In this document: in pieces, positions 39,384-54,767 of the stretch | Numbering within the stretch: position 1 is the first letter of the stretch | Layout of the letters: every line of letters begins with the position of its first letter | Origin: Ptychomitrium polyphyllum | Taxonomy: Eukaryota | NCBI GenBank assembly: GCA_973851085.1 | Contig: OZ316775.1 | Coordinates: 15,128,001-15,192,000, forward strand | Length of the DNA: 64,000 nucleotides | Reading direction: 5' to 3' | Position numbers and translations under genes: made by a program | The notes under the pieces: model-generated | What the model saw: the letters and a program-made list of their open reading frames with translations, nothing else | Database searches by the model: none | Told to the model about the DNA's origin: nothing

Positions 39384-39893
39384 TCACCAGTTTGTTTCCC
39401 GTGTTGTTTGGTTTGTTGGTTGATGCAAATGAAAGTGAATTCCAGGCAAGAATCTCCCATCCGCATTCAGTAGATCTTGAAAAGCAAACGTACAGTGCGA
39501 CTTCTCTTGCTTGCCTTCGGGGCTGGCAGGACACGGCCGGTGCGGCTCCGCCTTAATTCCGGCACGATGGCACGAGAAACGTACTGTCGCAGCAGATCCA
39601 TTTATCAGATGTGCACACTTGCAAGTGCTGCGGTGGATTTTCCATCGACAAGAGCAGTTACTGCAGCTGTCAGCACCGTCAGCAATCACTCTGCAACAAT
39701 AAAAATCGTTGTCTGCGAGTCTGCATGGATGAACAGATGCACTGTGATGCCCCTCTTGGATCTCATCTCGTCGCTCTGTTAAGACTTACAGTGCCCAGTT
39801 GGACTCCTCATCTGGATGGTCGAAGCTCATCATCGATTGATCATCAGTGGCGATGGCGAACGGCATCCGCAGTTGCGTCCCTGACTTCGCCAT
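39384..39893 (-). CDS. Candidate small FAR1/WRKY-GCM1-like zinc-finger protein (MULE-derived), 2 exons (39893-39790, 39690-39384), 136 aa; may be a relic
   Basis: ATG, a GTAAGT donor, a 99-nt intron and a TTTTATTGTTGCAG acceptor give a 411-nt open frame. Pattern SFDHPDE..W..RWKIHRS..VRFSCHRAG..KSHCTFAF..DGRF..HFHLH resembles FAR1-type C2H2 DNA-binding domains (by eye). Confidence 0.5.
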
Positions 39894-42174
39894 CACTGCC
39901 TAGATGGTGCTCCTGAAAGTTCTCACCACCAAGCTAGGCACTGCAGGTGGGGTCGCTGGGGTGGGGGCCCCTTGGTTTGTGTGCTCTCTATGTGTTGTGT
40001 TCTGCACGAAACATGATGCGGCTTCCTTACGTCAGCACGCGATGATCCGGCATCGATCACGAGGGAGCGTTGATTAAGTGCCTAGATCGTCACTAGCCTT
40101 CCCATTATGTGTCTCAGCGTTACGATTTTTAACTATTTCATGCAACAGCATTGTGTAATTCGCCCACGAGGATGTTGATGGCACGTATTAGAGCGTCGTC
40201 AGATGAGGTACAGTATTGAGTTTGTTTTGGAAAACAGAGCCTGCTTATGAAACCGGCGACTCTTGTGACGATCTTTCACCTACCGTAGCAGAGAAAGCGG
40301 GTCCTTAGATTAAGCGTGTCGAAGATCTTCGCCGCTGTCACCATCTCGGAATCATCTTCGGTTCTATTGAGTGACTGAAGGCCGCCGCTTTTTGGGAAGT
40401 TGGAGCTTGACTTCTGTTCATACATTTTGGTCATTAGCGAAAAGTGGAGTCTTGGACTTCATTTGTAGAATTCCTTACTTCTGTTGGCGAGAATGGAGTT
40501 TGAGTTTAGAGTGGCATTCGTTTGAGGAGGGAGAGAAGACCAAGGTGTCACAATTTTAACTGTAAGCTTTCGGAGTCCCAGAATTTTGCCTTCATAGATT
40601 CAATAAGAATTTTGGGTTTCAGACTGGGATTTGGTTCTCGATACACCTCGAGAACGATTCAAAATTGCCGGATTTCGTAGAGCAGGACGGATTATTGGAT
40701 TTTTTGTGGCTCAAAAATGCTTGTTACTCCTCTTCCGAGGTCTGTCGCTATCCACCAAAGTTTCGTCGCTGCAATTATGGCCTTAAATAGGGTTTGGCGC
40801 TGTCGCCTTTGTTTTTTACTGGAAGCTAGTTGGGGTGAGAGATTTCAGTTTTATAGCGTCTTTGCGAAGGATATTTATCTTTTCTTCTCTCCCATGGGTG
40901 GAGAAGACTCGATCAGGCAATCGATCGCTGGCTGATCCCCTGTTTTGAAGGTTAGGGGACCACCAGATCCTTCTGACAGTCGCATCTTCGTCTTCGGTTT
41001 TATGTTTCATTTCTCTGGGTCTGATAGGATATCCTTCTTCGTCTCCTTTGCTGTTTCTGCTCTGAGTCTCCCTTTTTAGTTTTCACCTCTGTTTTGCGAT
41101 TCTCCATGTTCTATAGCCAACTTCCACGTTCGTCTCGAGCGTTTGATCCTGGTCGTAATTGATCCTCGTGATGCAAAAATCCAGTTCGAAATTTTCCTTA
41201 ATGTGACGGTCGAATGCTCTGTCTGTCTACTGAGGAATGAAGGCCAAGCATTCATGTGGGTGGACTGAGCGATATGGTACACCCCTGAATTCTAGAGAGT
41301 CAAAAGCTGTCAGTTTCAGTGGCCAACTGGGTAAGAGTGCTAGGTACCGTAGTCTGTTAGTTCAGTGGATAGTCATACTTTTCTTCTTTATAAGCCCTTT
41401 TAGAGAGAAAGCCATTCTCTTATGTTTTGCCAGAAACGGCCTGTCACATTGAAAGGGACGTGACGGGGACGTGAAAGTGTGAAGTGCAATGAGTGCACTT
41501 GTAGTTATTCTGGCAGTTTGCCTTTAGGGGGGCCGGTACAATACGATGAGAAAATGAGTTCCTTTGTGATGGGGGCTTTGAGTTTCTTTTGTACTTCTTT
41601 TGCTTTTGAAGAATCTTCTCTATGCTTGTATCATTCAGTATCGAATTTTCATCTCTGTGCCTATCAAACCACTTTTATTTTATGCGGTCACCTGGTGAAG
41701 CCACATTGACCACTCTGTATTGATTTACATGTGTGAACTAGATGTAAGACCTTGTTAGATAAAACTTTAACTGAACTTAAGCTTGTATATTATTAGGACT
41801 ATTTCATATTAGATCATGTGCTAGAAGTGGTTTCATTGAAAACTTTTTGATTGAAGTAAACACAAAATGAACTGGGAGTTACCAAATTAAATTTATCTTT
41901 ATTTAGAGTTGAACTGGAATATTTGCAATAAGTTGTGTCGACTAATTTCAAGTTGCTAAACATCACGGTCCTTCATTGCTGTTGCTTTTGTTGTGTTGCT
42001 GTGCAACATCCTTGTATATTGCTATTGCATTGTAACTGGATTTTTGCTAGTGATTAGTAAAAGAGTTTTCTGCAATTTTGTCTCTCAGGTTTGAATTGAT
42101 TGTATCTTCCAGTCCAAGACGCATATCTAGCAGCCAGGCTCGGAAGTGGAAGCAGGTGAGAAGGGTGGAGGTTG

Positions 42175-45525
<3,351 letters not shown>

Positions 45526-46476
45526 ACCGATATGTACATTTGTGAGTTTTCTCCAGATCTAATAAGCCACTACTAGATTTTACTTCGACAGGGTACTGCA
45601 TTATAGACAGAATATGAGCTTCATCAATTTCCCTCGTAATTTGTATTAGACTTATGCATGCTTGTGCATCTGCTGCATGATTGCAACTTTATAGAGTTTA
45701 CATACTCAGTTTGCACCTGGATACAAGTTACAATCCCGATCTGGGAGTTCAGCATCGTAACTGCAATATTCAGGATCTGTTGACATCCTACCAGACGATG
45801 AGAGCGCTTCTATTCTTATAAATAAGTTGACGACTTGCAGAATGTGTCAGGAAAATCCGCTACATTCTGCAATCAGAATTTTGTAGCCAGAACCGGAAGT
45901 CATCAACCTCACATGCCTGCCTGGAAACCGTTCACTACGTTTGCAACCATGAGTCACTAAACAAGACAAGTTTTCTTTTCCTACGAAGACAAAATATTTG
46001 CAAGCGCCAGAATATCATCCCTGAGTCTGATAATGTTGTTACACCGCTTCAAATGATATTTACTGCTTCACAGTCATCACGCAAACTCAACCTGGTTGTT
46101 TATTAGCCTTCCTAGTTATTTTTCTGCTCCGGAGAACCAAACTCACAACTGTGGGCTGCTGCATGGGCCGATTTATTTTACAATGTGCATCTAGTGCCTC
46201 TACCTCCTCTACCTCTAATGCCTCCCAACCAGCTCAGTGCTCTTTCGCCCAAGTCTTGACTCACCCAAGTCTTGACTCACCCAATAATTTCACACTATAC
46301 CTACACCTACGTGTACTCATTCATCTCAGCCTCCTTAACTGAGTGTCTTGCAGTACATCTACTGATTGGATTGGACCCAGCTGGGTCACCACGTATCTAC
46401 CTAGCTCGACTCCTACGAACTTGGCAAAAATGGGTATTACCAGTCATGGACGTCAGCAGCAACAGAAAACCCCAAT

Positions 46477-48935
46477 TCACACAATGAACACCGTGGTGTT
46501 GACCGCGCCAGTGCTACTGCCGCTGCTTGCCATCGCCGCGGTTGAAGTCTCCGGCCCGTTTAGTCGGAATTTGCACACAGGGCAGGTACCCTGCTGCCGC
46601 AGCCACGGATCGATGCATGCCGAATGGAACTGCACCACATCAGTCGCCCATTAGCCGCCTAGTTCATTAATCATTTCCCATATTCACATCCACTATTTCA
46701 TATGCTGTCTTGAATCTTCATCTGCAATGTAACAGTACTATTGATCGATGTATGTTGGGATACTGCACTATTACAGTGATAATGCTTGATAACATGCTGA
46801 AGATTGATTCCTGAGAGACCTTTCGTCCTATTGGCAAATAATAATGTTGGATCCTGATTATAAGCTTGTTCAGACCAGCCTGCACCTGACGCACCTATGT
46901 AAACGGCATGCTGGGACCAAGTTTGATTGTAAAATATTGACTCGTGTCATGCATTGGGATTTATCCGACATCAGCAATTAATTAGTACCTGGTGCAGACA
47001 CGGAAGAGTTCGAATTGTTTCTCCGTCAACCACTTGCTCCAGGCAGACGCTGCACGTCAATTCTTCTTCCTCCACCATAATCGGCTTCCTTTCCTGCTCG
47101 GCCGCCTGCAGTTCGGTCACCTGCACAATTGCCAAATACATCGTCATGCGTCTGCAACCTAAGTCACAGTAAAAGTCCATTGATACTCTCACTCTTTCGT
47201 GATATACTTCTGGATCATAGTACTTTAGATCGCAGGATGTAAACGGTACTTTAATATATTAATTATGGTCAGCTTTTGAGAAATTAGCGGCGAGAGACTT
47301 GCTCTTTTCACTCGGATGTGACGAATTTGTGGCGTTGGTATTGCAAGGGCATAGGGTAGGCTTTGAAGTTCATACCGAGCTTGAGTCGACGACGTTCACT
47401 TTGTCCTCCTCCTCTGAAGGTTCTGCAGCTTTGCTGCAAGAACACACGCAACTCCGCGAGCATCAGAACACGGAAACACAGATTTTAACAACCTTCCTGA
47501 AAGAAAGTAGTACATCTATTCATTGATTGAATGGTTATGTAGTTTCGATTGAAGATGCTTGATGACGTACCTGGGCAGTATGACCGGCGTTTGTCTGAAT
47601 CCTTTGTACATACGAACAGGTAATCTGCTGATATCTGTATCACTCATGGCTGTGACGCCAGGTGGATTGTCTGCATCCAAGGCTCTCAGAGCATCGTAAT
47701 CTGCAATTGACACGAACTACATGGTTAAGATACTGAGATTTGAAACTTCTGTTACAGACAAAACAGCCTAAATGGACACAACACTGTCGCATGAACATGT
47801 TCAATGGTGTACTACTTGTGCTAGGCCCACAGCCAGAAATCAGAGTCACCTAGGTTATCAAATTCCCTGTCAAAAAAGGTAGGCTGCAAACGCAAGCCCT
47901 GAAACCAGACTTTGGTATCAAGAGTTAGAGAGGAAGGCATACTTAGGCGGAGCTCTGTATGGCTCAGCAATCCACCTGCAGTCGCTCCTGCAACTGCCTG
48001 CGACTGGATTTGAAGTTGGTGACAAATAGCGTACATTCGTAGGCTGGTGGCAATTAAAAACACACCTATTCCTACGCAAAGCTGCACAAACATGTGAAAT
48101 AAAAATTCAATTTCATGGTTGCACCCCCTCCACATTATGCTTCCGAAATAGGTCAAAAGAAGACCTGGAACCTTTCCAAGCCCTCCAATTTTCCTAGAAA
48201 CAAAACAGGGGGTGTGCAGATTATCATCGCAAGAAAAAGAAGCAAAACCAGTCGTACTTCTAGCTGAATTGAGAGGTAAGAAAAACACACCAGTACACTT
48301 TGAGACATGTGAGAATTGAGTATCATAAAAAAAAAGAGCACTGCATGAAACATGAAACAACATAAGAATTAGAGAGCCTTGATAGACCGCCAGTGTACAT
48401 GGATGTACACTATCGTAAGGTGCAACCTCAGTGTTTCAATTAAGCCCTTACAGTTTCATGTGAAATGCTTGAAACTAACAAATTCATTAAATTAACAAGG
48501 TACTTCTCATACCTGTAATTAGGAATGCCATGGGATTCGAATTAGCAGCACGCCCATTGTTATGAAATCTATGTCCAGCCTGTTCACAAATAAGTGGATT
48601 TTGGACATCAAAGTTTGAATATAAGCAATATGAACGCTGAACCTTCCTATCTCGGCATTGCACAAAACATATTTGCCTTCCGATTCGTTCCTCATCACAA
48701 CATGCCAACTAACACAACAAGCTGCCCTTACAAAAAGAAGCTATGAGCTGCACGCGAGCGCTTCAAGTAACTGCTGCAGTAAAAAAGAAAACAATGTTTG
48801 ACATAATCAAGACATACAAATGATAAAAGAACGAGCAAGCATGCTACCACAACATACCACAGAGCGCCGCTCAGGCATAAAACCTGATAACCCACTTTCC
48901 AAGTCCGCACGGGTTCCTCTGAACACAAAACTCAT
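46477..48935 (-). CDS. SDIR1: SDIR1-type membrane-anchored RING-H2 E3 ubiquitin ligase, 8 coding exons (48935-48858, 48579-48513, 48340-48291, 48081-47850, 47700-47571, 47433-47376, 47120-46989, 46629-46477), 299 aa
   Basis: N-terminus MSFVFRGTRADLESG, FMILNSH, ATSLRMYA, HTELRL, DREFDNLDYDALRALD and RING CSVCLEQV..LPCLHQFHSACIDPWLRQQGTCPVCKF all match SDIR1. A probable non-coding first exon has its donor near 50510. Confidence 0.93.
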
Positions 48936-51032
48936 TTTGAGGCACTGATTACTTCTTTCCCAACCACCCTGTTAACACTTCCTAAAGTCTTCTTCCTCTA
49001 CAGCCAATGAGAGCTTCCTGTCAAGCTTGATCTATACAGAATTCAAGTTTTCTACCTCAAATATGGTAATCTGTTGTGACTTTAATGTGCTTACTAGCAC
49101 TGTTGGGAACTATCGCTGTTTCCCCTAAAAAGCGACCCTCAAATTCAGAATACCTTAGCCCTCCCAACCAGTGAACAATGTCACTGTAATTGGTCGTCTA
49201 ATGATCAGTACTTCTGCAATGTAATAGTTCTTGACGTTTCTCAAAATGTCTTCAAGACCAGTGTTAGGTCGCTTAGTGTTAGTCGCCAAATAAACTTCCA
49301 GGTCTACTCTTTAGGAATGAGATCTTCAACTCAAATTACCAAATTGATAATCTAACTCCACATACCTGCACATGTACATCTGTCAGCATTCCACAAATGA
49401 AACAAGAAACATGACAAAACTAATATCAAACTGTCAAACCTCAACACACTATTGAACAGTTTTATGCTTGAAGCATTAATTAAAGTTTTAGTTTACCTCA
49501 ACACACTAATAGTTTTGTGCTTGAAGAAATGATACTCGCCTTCCACAAGTTTTTCAAGGGAGCTATCAAAATTGAAAATTCTAACATGCTCATCAATCCC
49601 TAAAACACTGTAACTTCTAAAAGCAATCATAATCACATTCTCTTAGGGGAGTCTAAAATCCATAGAATAGACGACCCAATTTGACAAAAACTGAAACGCA
49701 GATGGCACTAAATTTCACGCATAGTCGCATGCACGAAATTTGCAAAACTTCAGTAAAAACAGAACCGATCAGAAACCCTCAATGTGGTTTTCCACAACCT
49801 TAGAATCTTGCAAATGGACGAATATACTACCACGAGAATGCAACAGCCTCACTAAAACTGTGTATGTTCTCCTCCAGGAAATGTCACTCCACAAACCACT
49901 AAGCCCTCGCCGAACTCACTCGCAAGAAAGAATTGCTCCCTTGCTTTTACTCAAGAACCCTTCAAACTAGCCCTATCACACAAACTTTCCTCTTTTCCTC
50001 TAGTTCCGATGAACATCGTCCAACTCCATTCTTCACGAGTATAACCAGGCCTAAAGTTAGTAATGGAAACCACCATGAACATAAAAACTAAAGAGAAGGA
50101 ATCGTGACGAACCTCCACCCAACCAATCCAACGCTGGCCGCCTCACAGCTAACCCTCAAATTCCCACACCTCGACCTAACGTTGAACGCCAATCAATAAT
50201 ACTGCCCCCGAGAGCATCCACACGGTGCCACCACTCACTGCAAAACCCTGACGCCGCACGACACCACTCCGTCCCGAGCAACAACGAACGAAGATTGCTT
50301 CAACCTGTGATGACGCTCTAGAACCGATCATCAGTTTCTAAAGGAAGCTCAGCTAAAACACCCTCACTCCCCTGTGCTCTCCCATCCTCTCCTCTGTCAA
50401 CGACCCCTCGTCACCGCAATTCCCTCCCCCCGGGTCCGGCACGATTTCAGTCTTCCACACGACGCGAAATCCGCGCCCCACCACTTGAGCTCCAGACCCC
50501 ACACTAGTACCTGAGCTTGACTATTCCACCGCTCTCCCTGGCCTGCAACTTGATTACTACACTGGCCCGGCCCTCTAGAACTCTCCAAGTCGCGGTAAGT
50601 GGTGATCGACGACTGGGTCCGTACTCTCGCGTCTGTGCATGCACGACGTCGGGACTCTGCACTAGTGACTGCAAAGGAAAGAGGTCGAACCAGCGAAGCT
50701 GGACACACCACAGTGCGCCGCGTGAATACTGTAAGTAGATTCGAGTTGCAGCAGTGCTGCGGTGCTGCAGCGCTGCCGTGCTGCAGGCGAAGCAGCGACC
50801 TCGGAAGGAAATGTCTAGAATGATCTGCCAAGTTCCAACCTTGCAGCGCTGCCGGCACTGCCGGGTGGACACAGCAGCTGGCCCAGGGATTGCGATTGTG
50901 GGCCTCGGTGCGCGATCTTCGTCGAAGGCTCGTCGCTCAGGCTTGTAGAAATATACCAGACAGTAGCTGTTACGAACTACATCCACGCACAAATTTATCC
51001 AACGTGCAAGTACCAACATTGAACAATACATA

Positions 51033-51034
<2 letters not shown>

Positions 51035-51063
<29 letters not shown>
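51035..51063. repeat. (TA)n microsatellite
   Basis: Directly visible; a similar A-run plus (TA)n lies at about 53028-53070. Confidence 0.9.
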
Positions 51064-53026
51064 CGATACAGATATAGATATATTACAAATATAAATATAA
51101 TACGGATACAAGGACAATAACATAAGAAACACGTATTTTATAAATAAATGAAGGCCCTCCACCTAACCAAGTTATCACTTCTTGGATCATTAAAAAAACA
51201 CATGAGTGAGGGAAGGGCAATGGCTCCCTACAATTTTTACTTCAAGGCCATTATCTAAGACAATTTTTACTTTATTTTTAAGGAATCGAAAATATTATTC
51301 CTAAAAAATATTAGGAGTGTTTTAAGTGGATATAATTGGAAATGTTACATGTATAATACAAGAGATGTGATTTCTAATAAATATTAAGAAGAAACTTTCT
51401 ACTTCAAAACATTAGATTTTTAAAAAGAAATACAGTTTTTCCATTGTTGCATGTTTAATAGGACCTTTAGCACATAACTCATCAAACTTGAGATAGTAGA
51501 TCTTCTTCATATCATTGTACTTGTAGCATTTTTACCAACTACATCAATTTTAAAGTACTTGATGCTAATGCTACTTCCAAAAATTGGGTTTGTTATCTTT
51601 TTTAATTGCCTTTAACTTTGCTTGCCATGTTATTTGCAAAATGAACTTTGACTTACCAAAAAAAGGCATAAGGTAGGAATTTTAAAAACTACCTATCACT
51701 TTATGTCAAGGACCTTTATTGCTTTATCAAATTGTTAAACATAAAAAAGATGTATGTTTGACAATACTTAAAAAGTGGGTTATATGCTCCAATTACAAAT
51801 CACAATTTAGAGCATACTTTCATCTTGCAAAAAATGCAAATGAATATTATCAACAAACATATTGTTATGCAAAAGCTAGTGGAAATAATTATTATTTATA
51901 ATTTGTACAAAATCCTACAATAGAACCATCTTTGCTTATAAAAGCATCATAAATGTCTTGCCTTTTTTTAATTCTTAAGCATTGACTTTGGTATATTTTC
52001 CAATGTTATGGCAACATTAGCTCTATATTAATTATCACAAATATATATTTTGTAATATAATATTCAAGAACCTTCAAATAACTTTCAATAGCTTCTAAAA
52101 CCTACTACCTTGCTTGGATAACCTCCTAAACACTCTAGAGCTTTATATGAATGTTTATTAAAAAATCTCTTTAAAAGTATAAGCTTTATGCTATAAATAA
52201 GTGGCAACACAAGGTACACCTTAATCTTATTAATACAAATTGTGGAGCATATCTATAGTATTATCTTATTTGTAGTTTTTGCTCCAAATCTTGTTTTTTA
52301 GTAATATCTTGAAAATAAATTCTTAAAAACACTCCTTGTATGTATTTTTGTTACTTGTATTTTAGATATGGCAAATTAAGAAGTAGCGCTTTTGAATGGT
52401 TCCACTACTCTACTTCAATATGTATTCTTTTAGTTTCAATCAATGTACAATTAGACTCTTAATACAATCCTACAAATTTACCTTCAAGGCCATTATCTTT
52501 GCATTGTGTTGGTTTGTCGTTAAATCAAAATTTGAAGCCATTAAAACCTTTGCCGCAAGAAACCACCAATTCTTGATTTGAAGTTTATTTATAATTTTCA
52601 CTTTTCACACTTTTGCAAATCCTCCCTCATATTTTTTATTCACATTATTCACAATTGCCAACAAATTTAGAGTATGACTTTTAAGCCTTGATAAGAATTC
52701 AAACTTGCATCTATACAATTAACTACAAATTTTTTCTTTTGATTGGCTAGTATACAAAGTTTTATAACTTTTCTTTGATTCTTTAGGTTGTAATATGAAA
52801 TTTGAATGATTTTGTCTTTGTGAACTTCCTTCATGACTTTCAACTTATTAAAAATGATCTTGGCATTTTACAATGCATCATTCATCAATTACCCAAGCCA
52901 TTTCCAAAAGTTTGGCTTCAAATTGTCTTTGTCCTATTCTTTATCCATTAACAAAATCCAAAGCCTCATCTTATTTTAAATCCTCTTATATGTTCATATA
53001 TGGATTATTTTTTTTTTAAAAAAAAT

Positions 53027-53073
<47 letters not shown>

Positions 53074-54767
53074 TCATATATGCCACCATATATTACAATG
53101 TACTGCATGTAATATACTCTTCATTTTTCTCTTTTTTCATACCTTTCATAAGTACGACTTTGTATTTTTCTTCACATATGACATATATGCAATAACATGT
53201 TATATTACAATATTTGTGAAAACATCACATGCCATATAAAAATGTTATAAATGGTGTTTATACAAATACTAACAAGGCCAATATGAAAAACATTCTTTAT
53301 AAAAAGGTCTAAACATATGTTGACTATTCATTCATTGAAAACAAGAAAAGAATATCACATACAAATATAATATTTTTATGAATGCAATGTTTTATATTGT
53401 ATGATTCATGTTCAACAAAAAAATTCATTTCCACCTTACTTTTTATTGAGTTGTTCTTATCATTCTTATAATTTCTATATTTATATTCTATTATTTATCA
53501 TTTATGGTACACCTTAGTAGAGCGCTGCATAGAAGCTAGAGGTGAATGGGTATCACATTGGATTGCTCAATCATCAACTGGGCATGAAGACATACAGTCT
53601 ATGCAGCTTTTGTGGCATGAAAGAAGGAATTTTTTCCATAAAGGCTCACATGATAGGCCCACTCATTTGCCTGCCATACTAGATTCAAAGCAGCCTGAAC
53701 TTTGGATGGCACTGTTTGGATTAGTGTAGGTTCACTGGCATGGCAAAACACACTGTTAGTCCTCTTGCCTCCACCCCTGCGCCTTGGTAAATATTTTAAA
53801 ATGTTATCACCAACAAACAAGTATGGTAGCAAATTTAAGAACATGTGAACTTTAAACACACTTTGGCATACAAATCATTGCCACATTTTATAAAATTCCA
53901 AATGTGATATAAAATATAATACTAACAACCAAGTACTTTAACACTTGAAGGATCCTACACATTTCATGTTTTGAAGATTTAAAGAGATTCATTAGAATTC
54001 ATATTTCATGTGAAATTTTTGAAGTTCTTTCTAGAATTAAATACAATAAAAATTTGACAATATTTGTAATGAGATTTGAAATGTGATACTCTAAATGTAG
54101 TATTTTTTAAAGTTTTATAACTACTAAAATCAGGAATTCAATAGTACTTAGACTAAATTTCTTAAATTTCAATAAAAAAACATACTTCCACATTATTGAT
54201 TATAGAATGCAAAGTCTATTTCAGAATCCAAATTGTTAAATTCTTGACTTAAGCCTCAGTTGACCATGGCAAAAATGGATGAAAACAGGCGCATCTAGTA
54301 TTTCATCCAATTCCAATGGTAGTGGAGGATGAAAGTATTCTGTCTTAAGCTTGTCAATGACCACATTAATAAATCCCTGAAAAGATTCTGAAATTGGAAG
54401 AATTTCATGTTGCCAAGCACCTTCAATCATATAAGCCAATGAGTTGTCTCCAATATAATTTTAAAACTACAAGAAAGACTGGTGGATATAATGCCACCAT
54501 ACAACTCTTTTTCATTCAAAAGCATTGCAACAAATTTTGCAAATTCAGAACATACAGGAAATAATAAGCCGAGGAGGCTCCCCACAAGAAATGCTACATA
54601 GAACACCGCCGCCCTTAACTGATTTACACCTTGAGCCTTCCATTGCCTATTGGCTAGACTTCCTAAAAAATGATGTTATCATTGCATGTAATAAGACTTG
54701 TATACATGAATCGGAGTGGGATTCTTTCCTAGTGAAGAAAAAGTCTAATCCACTCCCAGGAGCTCAC

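Noticed and set aside
41029..41230. Possible U12 AT-AC intron in the ALDH3 leader (ATATCCTT at 41029, TTCCTTAAT at 41194)
   Set aside because: ATATCCTT directly follows a normal pyrimidine-tract TAG acceptor, and the candidate AC ends are too near or too far from the branch site; junction reads would be needed.
50397..50858. 153-aa ORF containing RDLES, echoing the SDIR1 N-terminal ADLES
   Set aside because: It has no in-frame ATG, and after splicing it hits a stop before the true ATG at 48935; treated as coincidence.
51130..53000. Possible decayed retro- or DNA-transposon coding sequence (similar stretches at 28.0-29.2 kb)
   Set aside because: Looks codon-like, but I could not read any diagnostic RT, integrase or transposase motif with confidence.
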